This document shows positions 50,923 through 63,825 of a stretch of DNA of 64,000 bases, in pieces. Position numbers and translations under genes: made by a program. Source of the stretch: Hydrolagus affinis (taxonomy: Eukaryota); NCBI GenBank assembly GCA_012026655.1, contig JAAILG010001075.1:1-64000 (forward strand), in the 5' to 3' direction. Within the stretch, counting starts at the first letter, position 1. The number at the start of each line of letters is the position of its first letter. The notes under the pieces were generated by a model, which was not told the DNA's origin, did not search any database, and was given only the letters and a program-made list of their open reading frames with translations.

Positions 50923-52023
50923 TGAGTCAAGCACATCTGTAACTTGATGCACTCTGTCAGAATGGTAACCATGCTAAATCAAACAGATTGCCTCTATTTA
51001 ATCACATTTTAGATCACTTGATCTAGTTTTCTCAGCTATACAATTTCTAGATGAGTCTCATAGAATGTCTAACTAAATATTTTACATGGTACATTTAATA
51101 ATTTAGGATCATACAAACTATAATTCCAAGTATTATCCCTGATTCCAAGCACATGCATATTTGTGAGAGAGCAGTCCTTATTACATTATGCAGTCTGGTT
51201 AATTTCTGGTTAGGTGGTCTGGGGTGGGAGAGGCTAGAGGAGAAACACTACGAAACACTTACAAAGTAGATATCTTAACCACTTAACCATTATTATCTAG
51301 GATCTTACAGTGATTCACTGTAATACAGTGAATGACAGTTAATGCACATCATTGGGTTAACTAGCTTGCTTCAATAAGATTTTCCACCCGATAAATTCAC
51401 AGGCACTGCATTTTACATAAATCCTGAAGAGTTTTGAGACGTTTTGACAACATGATTAAAGCATTAAATGTAAGATTCTTTCCTGTTGTAAATGAGCTTT
51501 GCCCATGTTAACAAATAGCGCATTGTTTACCCCTATTGCATGCAGACTCTGCTACCCATCAGTGGAGCCTTCACAATCTGTACACAAACACGATGTGACA
51601 GCAGTATTTAGCTGTCTGTAACCTCTCTGTGGCTCACTCATGTGTTCAATCCCACAACCCTCCAGAGCTTCCAATTTCAATTGTGCCACTGTTGGGAAAC
51701 AAGGGAGGTCAAGCATTTTCCAAGGGGAGAAATGAAGTAGATAATCATGACAAGCCCCCGTAGACCTGCTTGTATCTACCTTCGGAGTGGAAATGTCACA
51801 GGCTTGTGAGCAGCATACCCATTTACCAGGAATGCTGCATGCAAGGAAAGAAACAGAAAGTGATGGGAGAAGATTCAGTTTAACATAAGAGAAATTGGTA
51901 ATGAATAAAATTTAAAAGGTTATATTATTTCCCCAATAGTTCACCTACAAGATGTGTTTATGATGGTTTGATGGAACTTAAGTAGATATAACAATATAAA
52001 TCCTTTTAACTTCTACTTTAAAG

Positions 52024-52256
52024 TGTTGTCCAAAAACAGTAAGCCAATCCACACTACGATTCTGAACCCCCATGTTCACCTGATCGGAGAAGATGCTGCC
52101 TGTATCGCCTATATCCGTCTTACTCAGTACATCGACAGTCAGGGGAGGCCAAGGACCACACAGTCCGAGGAAACTCGTGTCTGGCATCGCCGTGAGGGGA
52201 AGTGGCAGAACGTACACTTCCACTGCTCAGGGGCCCCGGCAGCTCCGCTCCAGTGA
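52024..52256 (+). CDS. CAMK2G: Last coding exon: (L)[76 protein letters not shown]
   Basis: ttaaag| acceptor and TGA at 52254-52256. The exon continues to 52269, then cag|gtgagt donor. The APAAPLQ terminus is gamma-type. Confidence 0.97.
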
Positions 52257-52712
52257 ACACATTCTGCAGGTGAGTACAGTTCCCAACCGGCTTCGTAATA
52301 CAGATTGTGTTCGATAAAATCGGAGTCAAACTGCAGTATTCCTAAAAACATATAATTTCTTATTTAAGGAGCTTCTTATTCCCCACCCCCACCCAGATCA
52401 TAAGATAACACTGGACGAAGAAGGCCCTTTCGCCAATGACATCTCATCCTGAACACCCACCTACCATCCACCTGTCACCTCATCCTCATCACAGCATCAA
52501 ACTAGTTTTTAAGTGAGCCCAATGTCTTGATCTCGACCATGCTTCCTGACAATCAACTACAGTTACTAATTAGCCTCTGAGTAAAAGGATAGAAAGAAGC
52601 ACAGAAACAGGCAGCCACTTGGAGGCAACCAAAGATCAAGCAGTTGAGGTCAAAAGAGCCGAATAGCTGAGCAGTCGATCTGAAAACTGATTCATTGTAT
52701 TTTCTTTCCCAG

Positions 52713-55700
52713 CTTGGGGATGTTGGAGTAGACTTCTCGTCTAAGCAGTGGATTGAAGCCGATCACTGTCACGGTGACCTCTTGAAGACCAGCAGCACCA
52801 TGCGCGAATCTGCATGTGTATGATGCTGTGGTGGCTGCCTATTTGTTGTTTTCATGGATCCATCGTGTTTGTTTCTGCTGTATGGGAGGTGTACAGATAA
52901 AATGGCTGCTGTATATGTACCTGATAATTCACTTGTTTTGGCAGTGGTTCGTACTAAATAGAATCTGAACCAAATTCTTGCCAAAGTATGGACATCCATA
53001 ATTAATTTTAAAAAAACTATAAAAAAATCACAAAAATAACAGTCAGTGTAGTGCTCAGAGGTTAAAGGTATGCCTTTCTTGTTGAGATTCTACAAAGGTT
53101 ACTTTAACTCTGACCAGTAATTGTCATTAAAAAGAGCGCAATAGCAACCTTAGGTTCAATTGAAGGTGCCAGAAGGATACCATGCAAACTGCAGCTTCCT
53201 CTGTCAATGAAAAGTTAAAGGTTAATTGCTTTACTGAGACTCCCACTTCGGAGGTCAATGAGCAACAATATGTTGAAATTTGAAGGCCAAGACTATATGA
53301 CATTGCTGTTCTGTGAAACTGTGGAAAAAAATACACTCCTAGGCAATTGCTTTTTTTTTCCTCTTATCAATCTATTGCAAAGTGAAGCTGTGATCTCATT
53401 TAAACGGAATGGAACACAAAAGTATTTCTTTCTCATTTGTTAACATTTCTTCCAATGTTCTTTACAGCAAAATTAATATGAATGTACAATATTGAAGTTT
53501 TGTCTTGGCCTATGTGCAGTAAAACTATCTTTGGTTAAAATGCTGAATCATTCACATACAGACGTTTGCAGTATGTCGTAACCTAGTAACAATCATGACC
53601 ATTTGAAAAATAATTGGTGGTTATACTCTGCCTTGTGTCATTGAGGTATGGTGTACATGTATAGCCATGTAACATTATCTTATTTGAGTACGAGATCAAA
53701 ACATGAAACACAGTGTTATTTACATCTGTAGACTGCACTGTGCTAGTTAGGGGAGAGCCTCGTCACCTTAGGATAAAACGGTCACACATTGAAAATATAT
53801 ATGCAGTTTTACAGAGTTTATGCATGTGTTGTTTACGGTCAATATTTTCACTGTCTGTGTTTACTTGACAAAAATAATGATGTACCTAGTTCTGCATCTT
53901 TAATGATCTTGCACAGTCTGGAAAGTATGTACCACATAATTTAAGCCTGAGCTTGATAATGATAAATTCCTGTTTAAAAAAGGCAGAATAAATTAATTGC
54001 ATTGTTACTGTATCTTATGGGGCTAATATCTTATAGTTTTAAATAAGGCAACTGATGCAGGATTTTGCATGCTAAAATACCCAGTGTTTGTTTGTTATGA
54101 ATGTTGGTAGATCTTCATAGCTTTGTTACTATAGGACTTGATCTAAAAAGTATTTAATAAAATAAAACTGATCAGTGCATCTTGTTTTAACTGCTGCAGT
54201 CGATGGATGTTTACCTTAAAGCCTGCTTGGATTTGTTTGGGAAAATGTTGTCAATTAACAAGGAGCATTCTTAAAACTTTTGAGTACACAATATTCATTG
54301 GTATTTTCAGTTATTTCACTATCGAGTCCAAAACATGTGAAGCAGAATGGTTCAGAATTGGTTAAATCAAAGCCAGTGGATAAGTACAACTACAAAGACT
54401 TCCCTTTGCCTATTGTACATTTACATGGCTGCAAATTGATCATTAACGACACACTTTGAGATTCCTGTTTGGATAGATCACTCCAGCTACAGTTTGATTA
54501 TATCCTAATCCTTAAATGATGGGACTATTCATCATTGCATTTAATCATACATGCTTTTACCTCATATCAATTCATCACTATATAATGATGTGTCAAAAAA
54601 GTTTTCTAAATCAAAAAGGCATGATGTTCAGATGCCAGTTCAATTGACTACCTTATCCGACACAGGTGAGTCAAAACCATTGTTTGTTTAAAAAAAGTAA
54701 ATCTCATGGTCTGTTCACATCCTTTGTCTAGCTAAATATTATTAATCCTCCAAATATAATAGAATCATTCTCATCGACTTTCACTAATTTTGGGACTCAG
54801 TCATTTCACTTACCAAAATGTAAACTATTCTATGTGTATCTCACTCTGAAAATAAGCACACTTCTGTGTACCTAACCAAATCTGTCATCTGTGTCCATCT
54901 TTGGGCTTAAGGTGTCTCAGCCCCAGTAACACACTAAGGTTAGCAGCTATGCAGCATCTTATAGCAATGTCTGAATATCATATTACTGAGGGATTTTCTC
55001 AAATATTTGGAAAAAAAACCTCAAACACTTAGCTTAATGCAATTAGAATTTGGATCATCTTCAGTACATTTGAATGGTGAAGCATGATGGAGAGACACGT
55101 AGATGTGAGAGAATGAGAGAGAGCTTACTTTTTTTTCTACAATTAAAAAAAGTTTGTTACTCAATTGAAAGCATCAAAAGACAAACTTCTGAGATCATGT
55201 CAACCAGAGAATGGTAGAAAAACGATGGGTACCTAAAAAGGGGGAGCTGTGAGAGGGGGGGAAAAAAGCCCTAACCTTTGCATTTCAATCTATAATTCTG
55301 GCCACTGAAGGCAAGCTTATAGATGTTACAAATAGCTGCTACTCTGGTGTGCCTTATTCTCAGTTAAAAAGCCCTGTGTTGAAAACCATTGACGTTACGC
55401 AACCTTTTAGGATCTTGCCATCATTTCGATGATTTCAAATCTTAAGTGTTCCTATTGTACTGTGGGGGTTAATTGTTGTTTTAGGAATGTCGAGTAGCTG
55501 TGCTGAATGGGTGAGAGGGCTGCTCAGGCAACAATGATCAAAATGCTCCAATGTGCTAGAGAGAACAGAAGAATCAGTACAAACACCATGTTATCATTGT
55601 TTTCCACATAAGATGACTGATGAGAGTCTTTTCTCTCTTGAAATATATCACAGCTGAAAAGATTAAGAATGGATTAAGGTATCTATCACGACAATGGAAT

Positions 55701-55770
55701 GCCATGTACATTACCTTCTTGCTATTAAATTTATCAATGTTAGAAATAAAAGTGATTTTATCAACCACAA
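52713..55770 (+). other. CAMK2G: Non-coding terminal exon / 3'UTR of CAMK2G; 3' end uncertain
   Basis: Strong ttttctttcccag| acceptor at 52711-52712 pairs with the donor at 52270. The sequence is AU-rich and lacks recognisable repeats. AATAAA occurs at 53987, 54156/54161 and 55745. Confidence 0.7.
55745..55750 (+). promoter_or_regulatory. Candidate distal polyadenylation signal
   Basis: AATAAA with an upstream TGTA and a downstream T-rich tract (gttttatcttttttt). Repeat-rich sequence resumes shortly after. Confidence 0.5.
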
Positions 55771-56354
55771 GTTTTATCTTTTTTTAAATCATGTTTAGTT
55801 TTTTTCCAGGTAAATGATCAAAATACTCAAACATTTGTTCTCAAATGTGTTGTTATTGGGTCGGATGGATCTGAAATTAAGTAGGGGAAATAATCTAGGC
55901 TTTGAATGTAAGATACAAGAGGAACTTGTAAATTTCGGAAACTATAAAACAGAAGCCACTGGTCAGAATTGTTCTGGTAAAAAAACAGTATTGCATTTTC
56001 TTACCACCACAACCCCCCCATTTCAATTATTCTACATTATGTTATATTTTCAGATACACTGTAGACTGAAGTACTGTCTCAGTACACTGGTAGAATGCGA
56101 GCTTTGCTCCCGATATCTCCAACGTCACATCCCTTATTTCAAGCAGGTCAACAGGGAACAGTGGTTCCCCCAAAGAAAGGGCTACTCACTTTAGCTAATC
56201 TTGTGCACTGCCAATCCACCTGTTATTGAGTGACACTGCCAGAACATGCTCCAGTCAACCAGAGAATGGTGCCAAAACCCTGACGTTGCTCTACACCACC
56301 TTTCCCTCCCTCTCCCCCCTTGCCCTCTTTTCCCCCTGTCTCCCCTGGCCCCAT

Positions 56355-56416
56355 TTCTGTGACTGTGGGACACTGCTGTGCGCAATTTGGCTGCCACGTT
56401 TCGCCCACAAGTATAT
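56355..56416 (+). mobile_element. Deu-domain SINE fragment within pyrimidine-rich L2-like debris
   Basis: ctgtgggacactgctgtgcgcaatttggctgccacgtttcgcccacaagtata. Confidence 0.75.
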
Positions 56417-56719
56417 GGTCGGCTTTCCTGCTCTCCCTCCCCCTGTCCCAACCCCTTCCCTTGATATCTTTTCACCCCCATTTCCCTTCCTCCCATTTAG
56501 GATCCTGATAAATAAGCACCATCCTGGCAATTGAACATGCTCTTGAGTTTTAAACACTCCACCCAGATATGTTGACTAGTCATGTATTAGCTTTAAAACT
56601 TGGCCTGGCACCAAGTTCATTCCCCTCACATTCTCAGATTCTTTTGTCAAAATTGCATACAAGACTGGAATTGGTCTTGCCAATAAAAAAAGAACCTTAT
56701 ACGACTGGTTCCCAATTAG

Positions 56720-56985
56720 ACCACAATACGATTTGCACCTGTATAGCACCTTTCACCCAAGGGAGGATATCCTGAAGCACTTGACTATCCTGACTGGACA
56801 CTGGAGCTGAGTGAGCATGATGAACAAGGGAAAGATGAGCAAAGTGTGACAAAGAGGTATATTTTGAGGCAGACCTTGGAAGTGCAGAGAGAGGGAGGGG
56901 AGCAAGTCGGAGGGCAATGGAGTTCTGGAGAGCAGGAGCTGATCGACCGGGGTGATGGAGGTTGCAGAGGTAGGGTGGGGCAGAG
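56720..56985 (-). mobile_element. L2 LINE 3' end
   Basis: gtatagcacctttcac...gggaggat tail, then reverse coding remnant (ttttgaggcagaccttgga). Confidence 0.7.
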
Positions 56986-57961
56986 ACCACACATTGATTT
57001 AAATGTGGATTTATGCATCTTGTTAACAAATGTTGAAATATTGGTTTTATATATTTCCATGGGGCTGGAATGAATACAATGAAATAAGCAATTCTGAAAT
57101 TAGAGTTTTACAGAAACATTCTGGAAGATAGTTCAAGCAAAACAAGTATTTTAATAAATGTGGCTTTTTTTTGGACCATATTCTCACTAATGCTGAAAAA
57201 GTTAAGGTAGATTGACCGCTGAGTCCTTCAGTAAGAGCTTGCACACAGAAGCAGGGCACGAGAGGCTCTCTCACATTTGATGTGAAGGCCGAGCCCAGTA
57301 TCGGCATAGATTGCTTCTTTGGGTTAAAAAGATTAAATGTTGCATCTCTCATAATCAATAGCTGATGACATGGGTAAGCTTTCAAAAGCAATTTAAGCAG
57401 AATGATGTTCAATTTAAAAATAGAAATGGTGGAGGAGCAAATGGAATACACACCAATCCTTAGGGTAACATCATATAAATCCTGAACGTTCACTTCTTTA
57501 AGGATAGAAGATTGAAAAGCAATTGACAGGCTCAATCTTGCTGACCGAGAGAAATCTTGTCTTATTTGCCAAATTTATGTGCAAACCGCACTATAAAGGT
57601 TTATCAGCATGCTGTATGAATATTTGTTTTCAGACCCCCATAATGGTTGTGATTTTGATTTTGTCAATTCATTTTCTTATAAACACACTCACACACACAA
57701 GGCACATTCTGATGGGACCTACTAGCTACAAAAGAAAAAGATTAATAGAACTTACATGAACATTAGCCAACTACCCATTGTGCTCATGACAGACAGTGAC
57801 CCCATTAGAACCAACTAACTAACCCAAATTGAGGGGCAGAAAATTACAACAGTTAACTGTTTCAGTAACACTTTGTGCTTTTGTATGCAAGCCCAGGCGC
57901 ATGGCACATAGGTACATATGTACTTACCAGGTTGGAGAATAGCGTTGGTGTGTTGCACAAG

Positions 57962-58340
57962 AATAATAATCCTTTCATTTGAAATAGCGTATTTCATGTT
58001 GGGAGGATGTTTCAATCCATTTCACAGGAATTTACTGTAAAATGACTTGGCAGCCAATTTGCACATAGCAATGTTCCACAAGGGTCATGAAGTGAATGAC
58101 TCATTTTATCCGGGAGTTTGTTGATCAGAACACTGGGAGAAGCCCTTTTGAAATTGTGTCACAGAATCTTTAATGACCACTTGAACCTGCACACTTAGAG
58201 TAATATCTTATCTGAAACACGACACTTCCAATAATGCAACACCGCCCCCCAGCACTGTATTGGAGTATTAGCCTAGATTGTGAATTCAAAGTCCTGACGT
58301 AATGCTATAACCCACAATGTTCACACTCAGAAGAGTGCTT
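57962..58340 (-). mobile_element. Old DeuSINE (SacSINE1/AmnSINE1-like body)
   Basis: Reverse complement reads agcactcttctgagt...aatctaggctaatactcca...gtgttgcatt...tcagataagatatt...aaagattctgtgacac...tgctatgtgcaaattggctgcc, then the tail. Confidence 0.75.
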
Positions 58341-58974
58341 CTCTGCTGACACCTGTCATACAGTCAAGGTAATCAGGTGGGGGGAAGCAGGAGAGAAAAA
58401 TAGAAAGACAAAGTGACTTTTATAATACTGAGAATATTTTTGCATTTTTAGAATATTTCATTCACATTTTAAAAGGCTCTGCAATTTGCACATCTAAAGG
58501 ACCATTAAATGTCACCAGGTAAGCAAATTGCTACAGTATTCTAGAAAAATGGTTCTATATTCTGTAGAAGATAGCTTTTGCATCATTAACAAGTCTCAGG
58601 GGCCTACTAAAATGAACCTAAGCAGATTTGTCCCAGTCAAGGACATTTTCAGAGGCCCTTGTATTGTGAGGAAACAATTGCTTTTACATAAATAGCTTGA
58701 AACAGGACATTATTTTTAATTATATTATTAAGGTAACAATGTACAAGATTTTAAATGAGATTGAACAGGTAAGCCCCAAAAAACAATACTTTCAAATTAC
58801 TTGGGAAGCAGATTGATTGTGTGATTGACATCACTTCAAAATAATTCATTGGTTGCTAACATTTCCCATAGAACCAGGCTGAACTGCTGCAGGATTTAGA
58901 ACCCGGTCTGCAAATGTTGGGTCTCCATCAGTTTATAATGCAATACAATTTACATATATGTATACATATCTTTC

Positions 58975-59500
58975 AAGTCAGGGGGATGTCTCAAAGCGCT
59001 TGCCAATGCAGGAAGGCCCTGAACTGGGGTGGTAGTGAAATGGAAATGGGCAGGAGAAGGATGACCAACAGTGTGGTCAAAGAGACATGCTTTGAAAGAG
59101 GGTATGGACTGAGCCAGGCAGAAGCACTCCAGGATAGAGTTCCAGAGAGCAGGGATTGAATGGCTGAATGGTTGAAAGCGGTTACCGCTCGATAGTCCAA
59201 AGGTTCGTTACTCCGAAGGTTCATTAGTCCGAAGGTTCATTAGTGCGAAGCTTCCCTAACCGTAACCCTAAGCCTCACCCTAACCCTAACCTTTGGACTA
59301 ATGAACCTTCGGACTATCGCACCAAATGTTCGGATTAACAAACCTTATTTCATTGTTGGTTCGGACTATCGAGCAGTAACCACGGTAACCGCCCCAGGTA
59401 TCGGACTAATGAACCTTTGGACTATCGAGCGGACCCCGTTGAAAGCCACCCCTGATGGTGGTGTGGATGGGGTGGCAGGCACAAAGGGGATTATGGTCAG
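58975..59500 (-). mobile_element. L2 LINE 3' fragment interrupted by the 59180-59437 insertion
   Basis: gatgtctcaaagcgctt tail. gagttccagagagcaggg...gttgaaagc|cacccctgatggtgg reads through as L2-like sequence once the insert is removed. Confidence 0.65.
59180..59437. mobile_element. 258-bp foldback-type non-autonomous DNA transposon with 9-bp TSD and telomere-like core
   Basis: TSD GTTGAAAGC at 59171-59179 and 59438-59446. TIRs GGTTACCGCTCGATAGTCCAAAGGTTC / GAACCTTTGGACTATCGAGCGGACCCC. 16-bp subterminal repeats. (CCCTAA)-like x6 at 59254-59289. Confidence 0.85.
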
Positions 59501-60416
59501 AAAATACAACCTCAGCGAAAGGCAGAAAAAAAAAGACTGAAAATAGGCAGACAAAAAAAAATCAGAAGAATGAGAGAAATATGGGTTGCATTGCTGAGTA
59601 TTTATACATTTTCTTCCATTTTCCTGGTGATTTTGCTGCACAAACATCTTGGACCCAAACAGTGTCACATTGTTTTTTCAGTTCTTATGGACTGTCCAAG
59701 ATGTCATTCATCATTCAGGGAAAACATAAGTTGTCAACTTGGGGGAATGTCTGGGCATTATCTGGAAACACTACATTCTTAAAATTGCTCTGATAATTTA
59801 TGTCTCCATTCACAACTATACAATTTAACGTAAAGCACAAACACATTACGTAGATGGCCAACCATTTAAAAAAAAAGTATTAACACACACTAACACTCAC
59901 ACTTGATAAATCACACACTTAATAAATCTCCTGGATTTTGAGCTAAGTTAAAGCCTTTATGCACTGCAAAACCTATCAAGGATGTCTGTTTACTTTAAGG
60001 GATTTACATGTACTGCACTATATGTATCATTGGGATTTGTTTTTAACAAGAGGATTTAAATGTTTGCAGCAACAGTTGAACTTTGCTGTTCGGGTGTGTA
60101 AACAATCGTACTTTAAGATAGTTTTTGCTGCTCAGTTAAGAATATTTTTTTTAAAAAAGAAGCTCTTTTAAGTAAAATACATTACAGGAAACATAATGTA
60201 TCCACTAGAGGTCAGTGTTATGCAAAGGATTCCACTTTGATTTGATACTTTCCTCAACCATAGGGCGGTATTGATTCTGGTACTTCATTCCTATTTCCAT
60301 GTTTTCAAATAAATACTAACATCCACTTAAATCAGATCCTATTGGTTGGCTTGTGGCATTAAAAACATTATTTTTCAAGTAAAAAAAATTAAATATGACT
60401 AAAATATCATAGTGTA

Positions 60417-61005
60417 GAGGGGTAGTTTTCAAACTGTAGGGTGAGCCTCCCTTGAGGGGCGCATACAGTTGGCTGGGGGCAGGGGGTGGCTGTTATTGTT
60501 CTTATTACAGGTAAAACCCTGATTAACGTCGCGACGTTCACTAATACGTCGTTCGCCAGCGGGTGGAAAGGGGGCGCGACGGTGCTAGGACCTGGGAGTG
60601 AGCCAGTACAGAAGTGAGTGAGTGAGCCAGGCAGGGAGTCAGGGAGCGAGTGAGTGAGTGGGCCGGGCAGGCAGTCAGGGAGCGAGTGAGTGAGCCGGGC
60701 AGGGAATCAGGGAGAAACTTTGCGCTGAAAAACAAGCTGAAAGCATCACACATTCTAAGTGTTATAAATTGGTAAATTGTAATTGGTTTCAGAATTTTAT
60801 TAATTTTTTTCATTTAATTAAAATTTGCAATAATTTAATGTTTTTTGTTAATGTACGTAAAAAAGGAATAAAAACGGGTAAAGAAAATATTGAATTCGCT
60901 GTTATTTGTGAAAATTATTCAATATGAAGTGGGAGGGCGGAGGGGACGAAAACTTTGCTGAGTTGGTGGATGTCGCTGCTATTTAAAGTTTGGAAGCCAC
61001 CACTG
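60417..61005. mobile_element. hAT (Charlie-like) non-autonomous DNA transposon
   Basis: TIRs gaggggtagttttcaaact / agtttggaagccaccactg. nnnTAGnn-like flanks (gtgtagag / ctgtagcc). GC-rich interior with GAGT-containing tandem units at ~60595-60712. Confidence 0.65.
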
Positions 61006-62625
61006 TAGCCAGTGGGGTGTATACTGCTCCACTGCTCAGTAATATTCTGATATTGTTTTCATAAGAAATTTGATTTCTATCTCAAATGCGTCCCCCCCCC
61101 GCCCCCAAGACCACACACCATCGTGGGTCAAACAATTTGGTGAGGTGCTCTGCTCACACACTGATCATTAATTTTTTTGTCTGCTTCACATTTCTTCAAT
61201 GTTCTAGTTGTTGCCACTTCTCTTCCATTTGCACATCTTTGACATCTTTGTTGTTCTCTCAATCGATTTTCACTTAAAACATTTTAATATCTGTGAATTT
61301 CATCAAAATATATTGTATTTGAGCCAAATGTGTAGATTTGATGGAACATGTCCTTTGCAGTTAAAAGTCTTTCTTTTAAACTTTTTTTTAGGATTTACAG
61401 GTTTACCCCCCAAAATATGTTTCGAGCAGATAAATTTTTGACTTTTATTTTAATGATTGATTCACAATTTTCTTCAAGGGCATTGAATCCAACTGCACTG
61501 CTCTACCAATACCCAGCACATCTTAAAAATGATAAAACCTTGTACCTTCCTCACCTGATTGACTCCTCCTTGCAATTCATTTTTCTTTCTGATTAAATTT
61601 GTTCAAATAAACAATGAATTAAGAAAGGTTTTCCTTAAATTATTCTGAAGTCCACAAATATATCCCTTCAGAATTAAACTACCTGGGTCAACAATTATAT
61701 TCATGTCCTGAAAGTAAAATCTCAAAGATAATTCATTCGGGTCCTTCTTGTTGAAGCAATCTGTACAAAACGTTATTTAAAACTTAGATGGAAAACAGTT
61801 TTTATCTATCACCCACTGGCATTGCAGGAAAACAGAGAAGGACTTGAACATTTTGTTTCAGTTTATCACTTTCAGTTTCTGCTGTGGGCTGGGTTGTAGG
61901 GTAGAGAAAAATTCACAAAAAGGAAGATTGATTATTATCCCATTATTTAGTGCAACATTGCATTAAAAGTCTTTAACCATCTTTCTGAATGCATTGTGAA
62001 GATCAGACATCTTGTAGGAGTGAAACTTTTCCCATAACAAACCTCCATTAGATCAATTGGGAAAATAGTTTCCCATTGCCCATTTTTGAGAATTGTTTTT
62101 GATAAATGATGCTAAATGTCTATTACCTCCTAAAAGCTCAATATGTAGGTTATACAATGTTTTTTTAGGTCAAAACACGATAATAAAAAATATTGTGCAC
62201 TTTTGGTAAGCTTTTGTTCCTGAACTTTCAGATCAACCTCAAGTGATAAATGAATGACCTTGTTCTTAATCAGTTTTGCACCCAGAGGGGAAATGGTTAG
62301 CCACTGCAGACCAAGATCTGAGGTGAATGAATATCTGTACTCATTTTGCAAGCAGTAAACAACCTCAGAAATTCCTGTTTATTTCTTCCACTGACACAAC
62401 AGTACAATATGTAGGACACGCTAAATGTGTTTGATGTGGTTTTCGCCTTCTGATTGTGAAACATAGCTTACATTATCAGCCTACTAATGACCTTCCTACT
62501 TTAGATAGCTCAGTGATGCATTTGTCAAAATTTATTATTTGCACCTATTATAGCAAAGGGCTAATGTTCTGTATTGGGGCATTGGTTCTCATTGGTAAAG
62601 GTGTGGATTCAACTACTTTAACTAA

Positions 62626-62968
62626 ATAATCAATAATCCTTGCCTTTGCTATAGTGGCTTTCACAATGATAGGATGACTTAAGTGCTACCCAGAATTTAC
62701 TGTAAAGTATAATGACCAAGTAGTTTGGAGTAGCACAGAGCAATAACCCACAACCAGCCACGAAGTGAATGATTAATTTTATCTGGGGTTTTTGGCCAGG
62801 GCACCGGGAGAAACGTCCTTCTATTTTTGAATAATACCATGGGATCTTTAATGCCAACCCAAACAGACAAATGGAATCTCAGTTTAAGCCTCATCTAAGG
62901 ATGATGTTTCCATGTGGAGCCTGAACTCAGAACCTTCTGAACTCAGAGTTGAGACTTCTACCAATTCT
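62626..62968 (-). mobile_element. Old near full-length DeuSINE
   Basis: Reverse complement reads ctctgagttcagaaggttctgagttcagg...gatgaggcttaaactgag...ttaaagatcccatggtattattc...gacgtttctcccggtgccctggcc, then the tail and ATT repeats. Confidence 0.8.
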
Positions 62969-63768
62969 ACAAGGCTAACACTTGACATGACTATAAAGAT
63001 GTCCATATACAAGAAGCCCGACTGTCTGGCAGGATGTTGAATCCTGATAACGAAGGCAGCAGAAATAGCAAGCTCAAGGTTGGGAAATATATAAAAATCA
63101 AAGATAAATTGTTTCAGTAACTGAAAATCAATGCAGTGAATGGTCAAATGGATTTATTAAGTTATAGTATTCCCTTTGAGCAGATACATAATATGCAGCA
63201 TATTTTTATATTTTATAAACAATTTATATTCATCTCAATTTATTAAAAGTGCACTTTTGGCAGCAGTCTCCAAAGCTCCATATTAACATTTCCATTTGGG
63301 ATGAAAATGAATGTTGGTAATGTTGCGGCAATTTTTTTTAAAAGAAAAGAAAAGGAAACCATTGTGACATTAATCCCACACAAAGATATGACATGCACAT
63401 CAATAATGTTGCTAGCGTCATTTATAATAAAATAACATTTGAAATTATTTATCTTTTTTCCAATAAATTTTTACATGCTTAAGTATTCCCTGCAAAATTA
63501 TTCTTGAACCATATTCTTCCCATCTGTAGAAGTGAGAAGATGCCTTTCTTACCCATTACTAATACTGAAAAGGTCATATCCAAGGGTTTAACTTTGGAAG
63601 ACATGGTAATGAAAGATAGTAGCAATATTGACTACCAGAAGGAGAGAAGATCTACTGGAAAAGCCTAGCAAAATATTTGAGGCATTAAACTTGACCATTA
63701 GAATCCAAGTATCACAAGGTATATATAAACCATGTAACTCATTGCTGAGCTATCTGGAGTATGAATTG

Positions 63769-63825
63769 GAACGTCCCCCCAACGTGAAAGGCACTCTGGA
63801 AGTGTAATTTTGTTGTTGTTGTTGT
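63769..63825 (+). mobile_element. Very short L2-type 3' tail
   Basis: ggaacgtcccccaacgtgaaaggcactctggaagtgtaatttt(gtt)n. Confidence 0.7.

Noticed and set aside
57047-57535. Longest ORF in the track (162 aa, minus strand), and others such as 12359-12745, 18231-18590 and 55814-56194
   Set aside because: No recognisable domains or exon structure. Some are simply antisense to real exons. Consistent with chance ORFs.
59194-59250. CRISPR-like short direct repeats
   Set aside because: The 16-bp units are adjacent with no unique spacers, are mirrored in inverted orientation, and lie in vertebrate DNA with no cas genes. They are transposon subterminal repeats.
59254-59291. True telomere or chromosome-fusion scar
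   Set aside because: Only six degenerate hexamers, contained within a TSD-flanked element.
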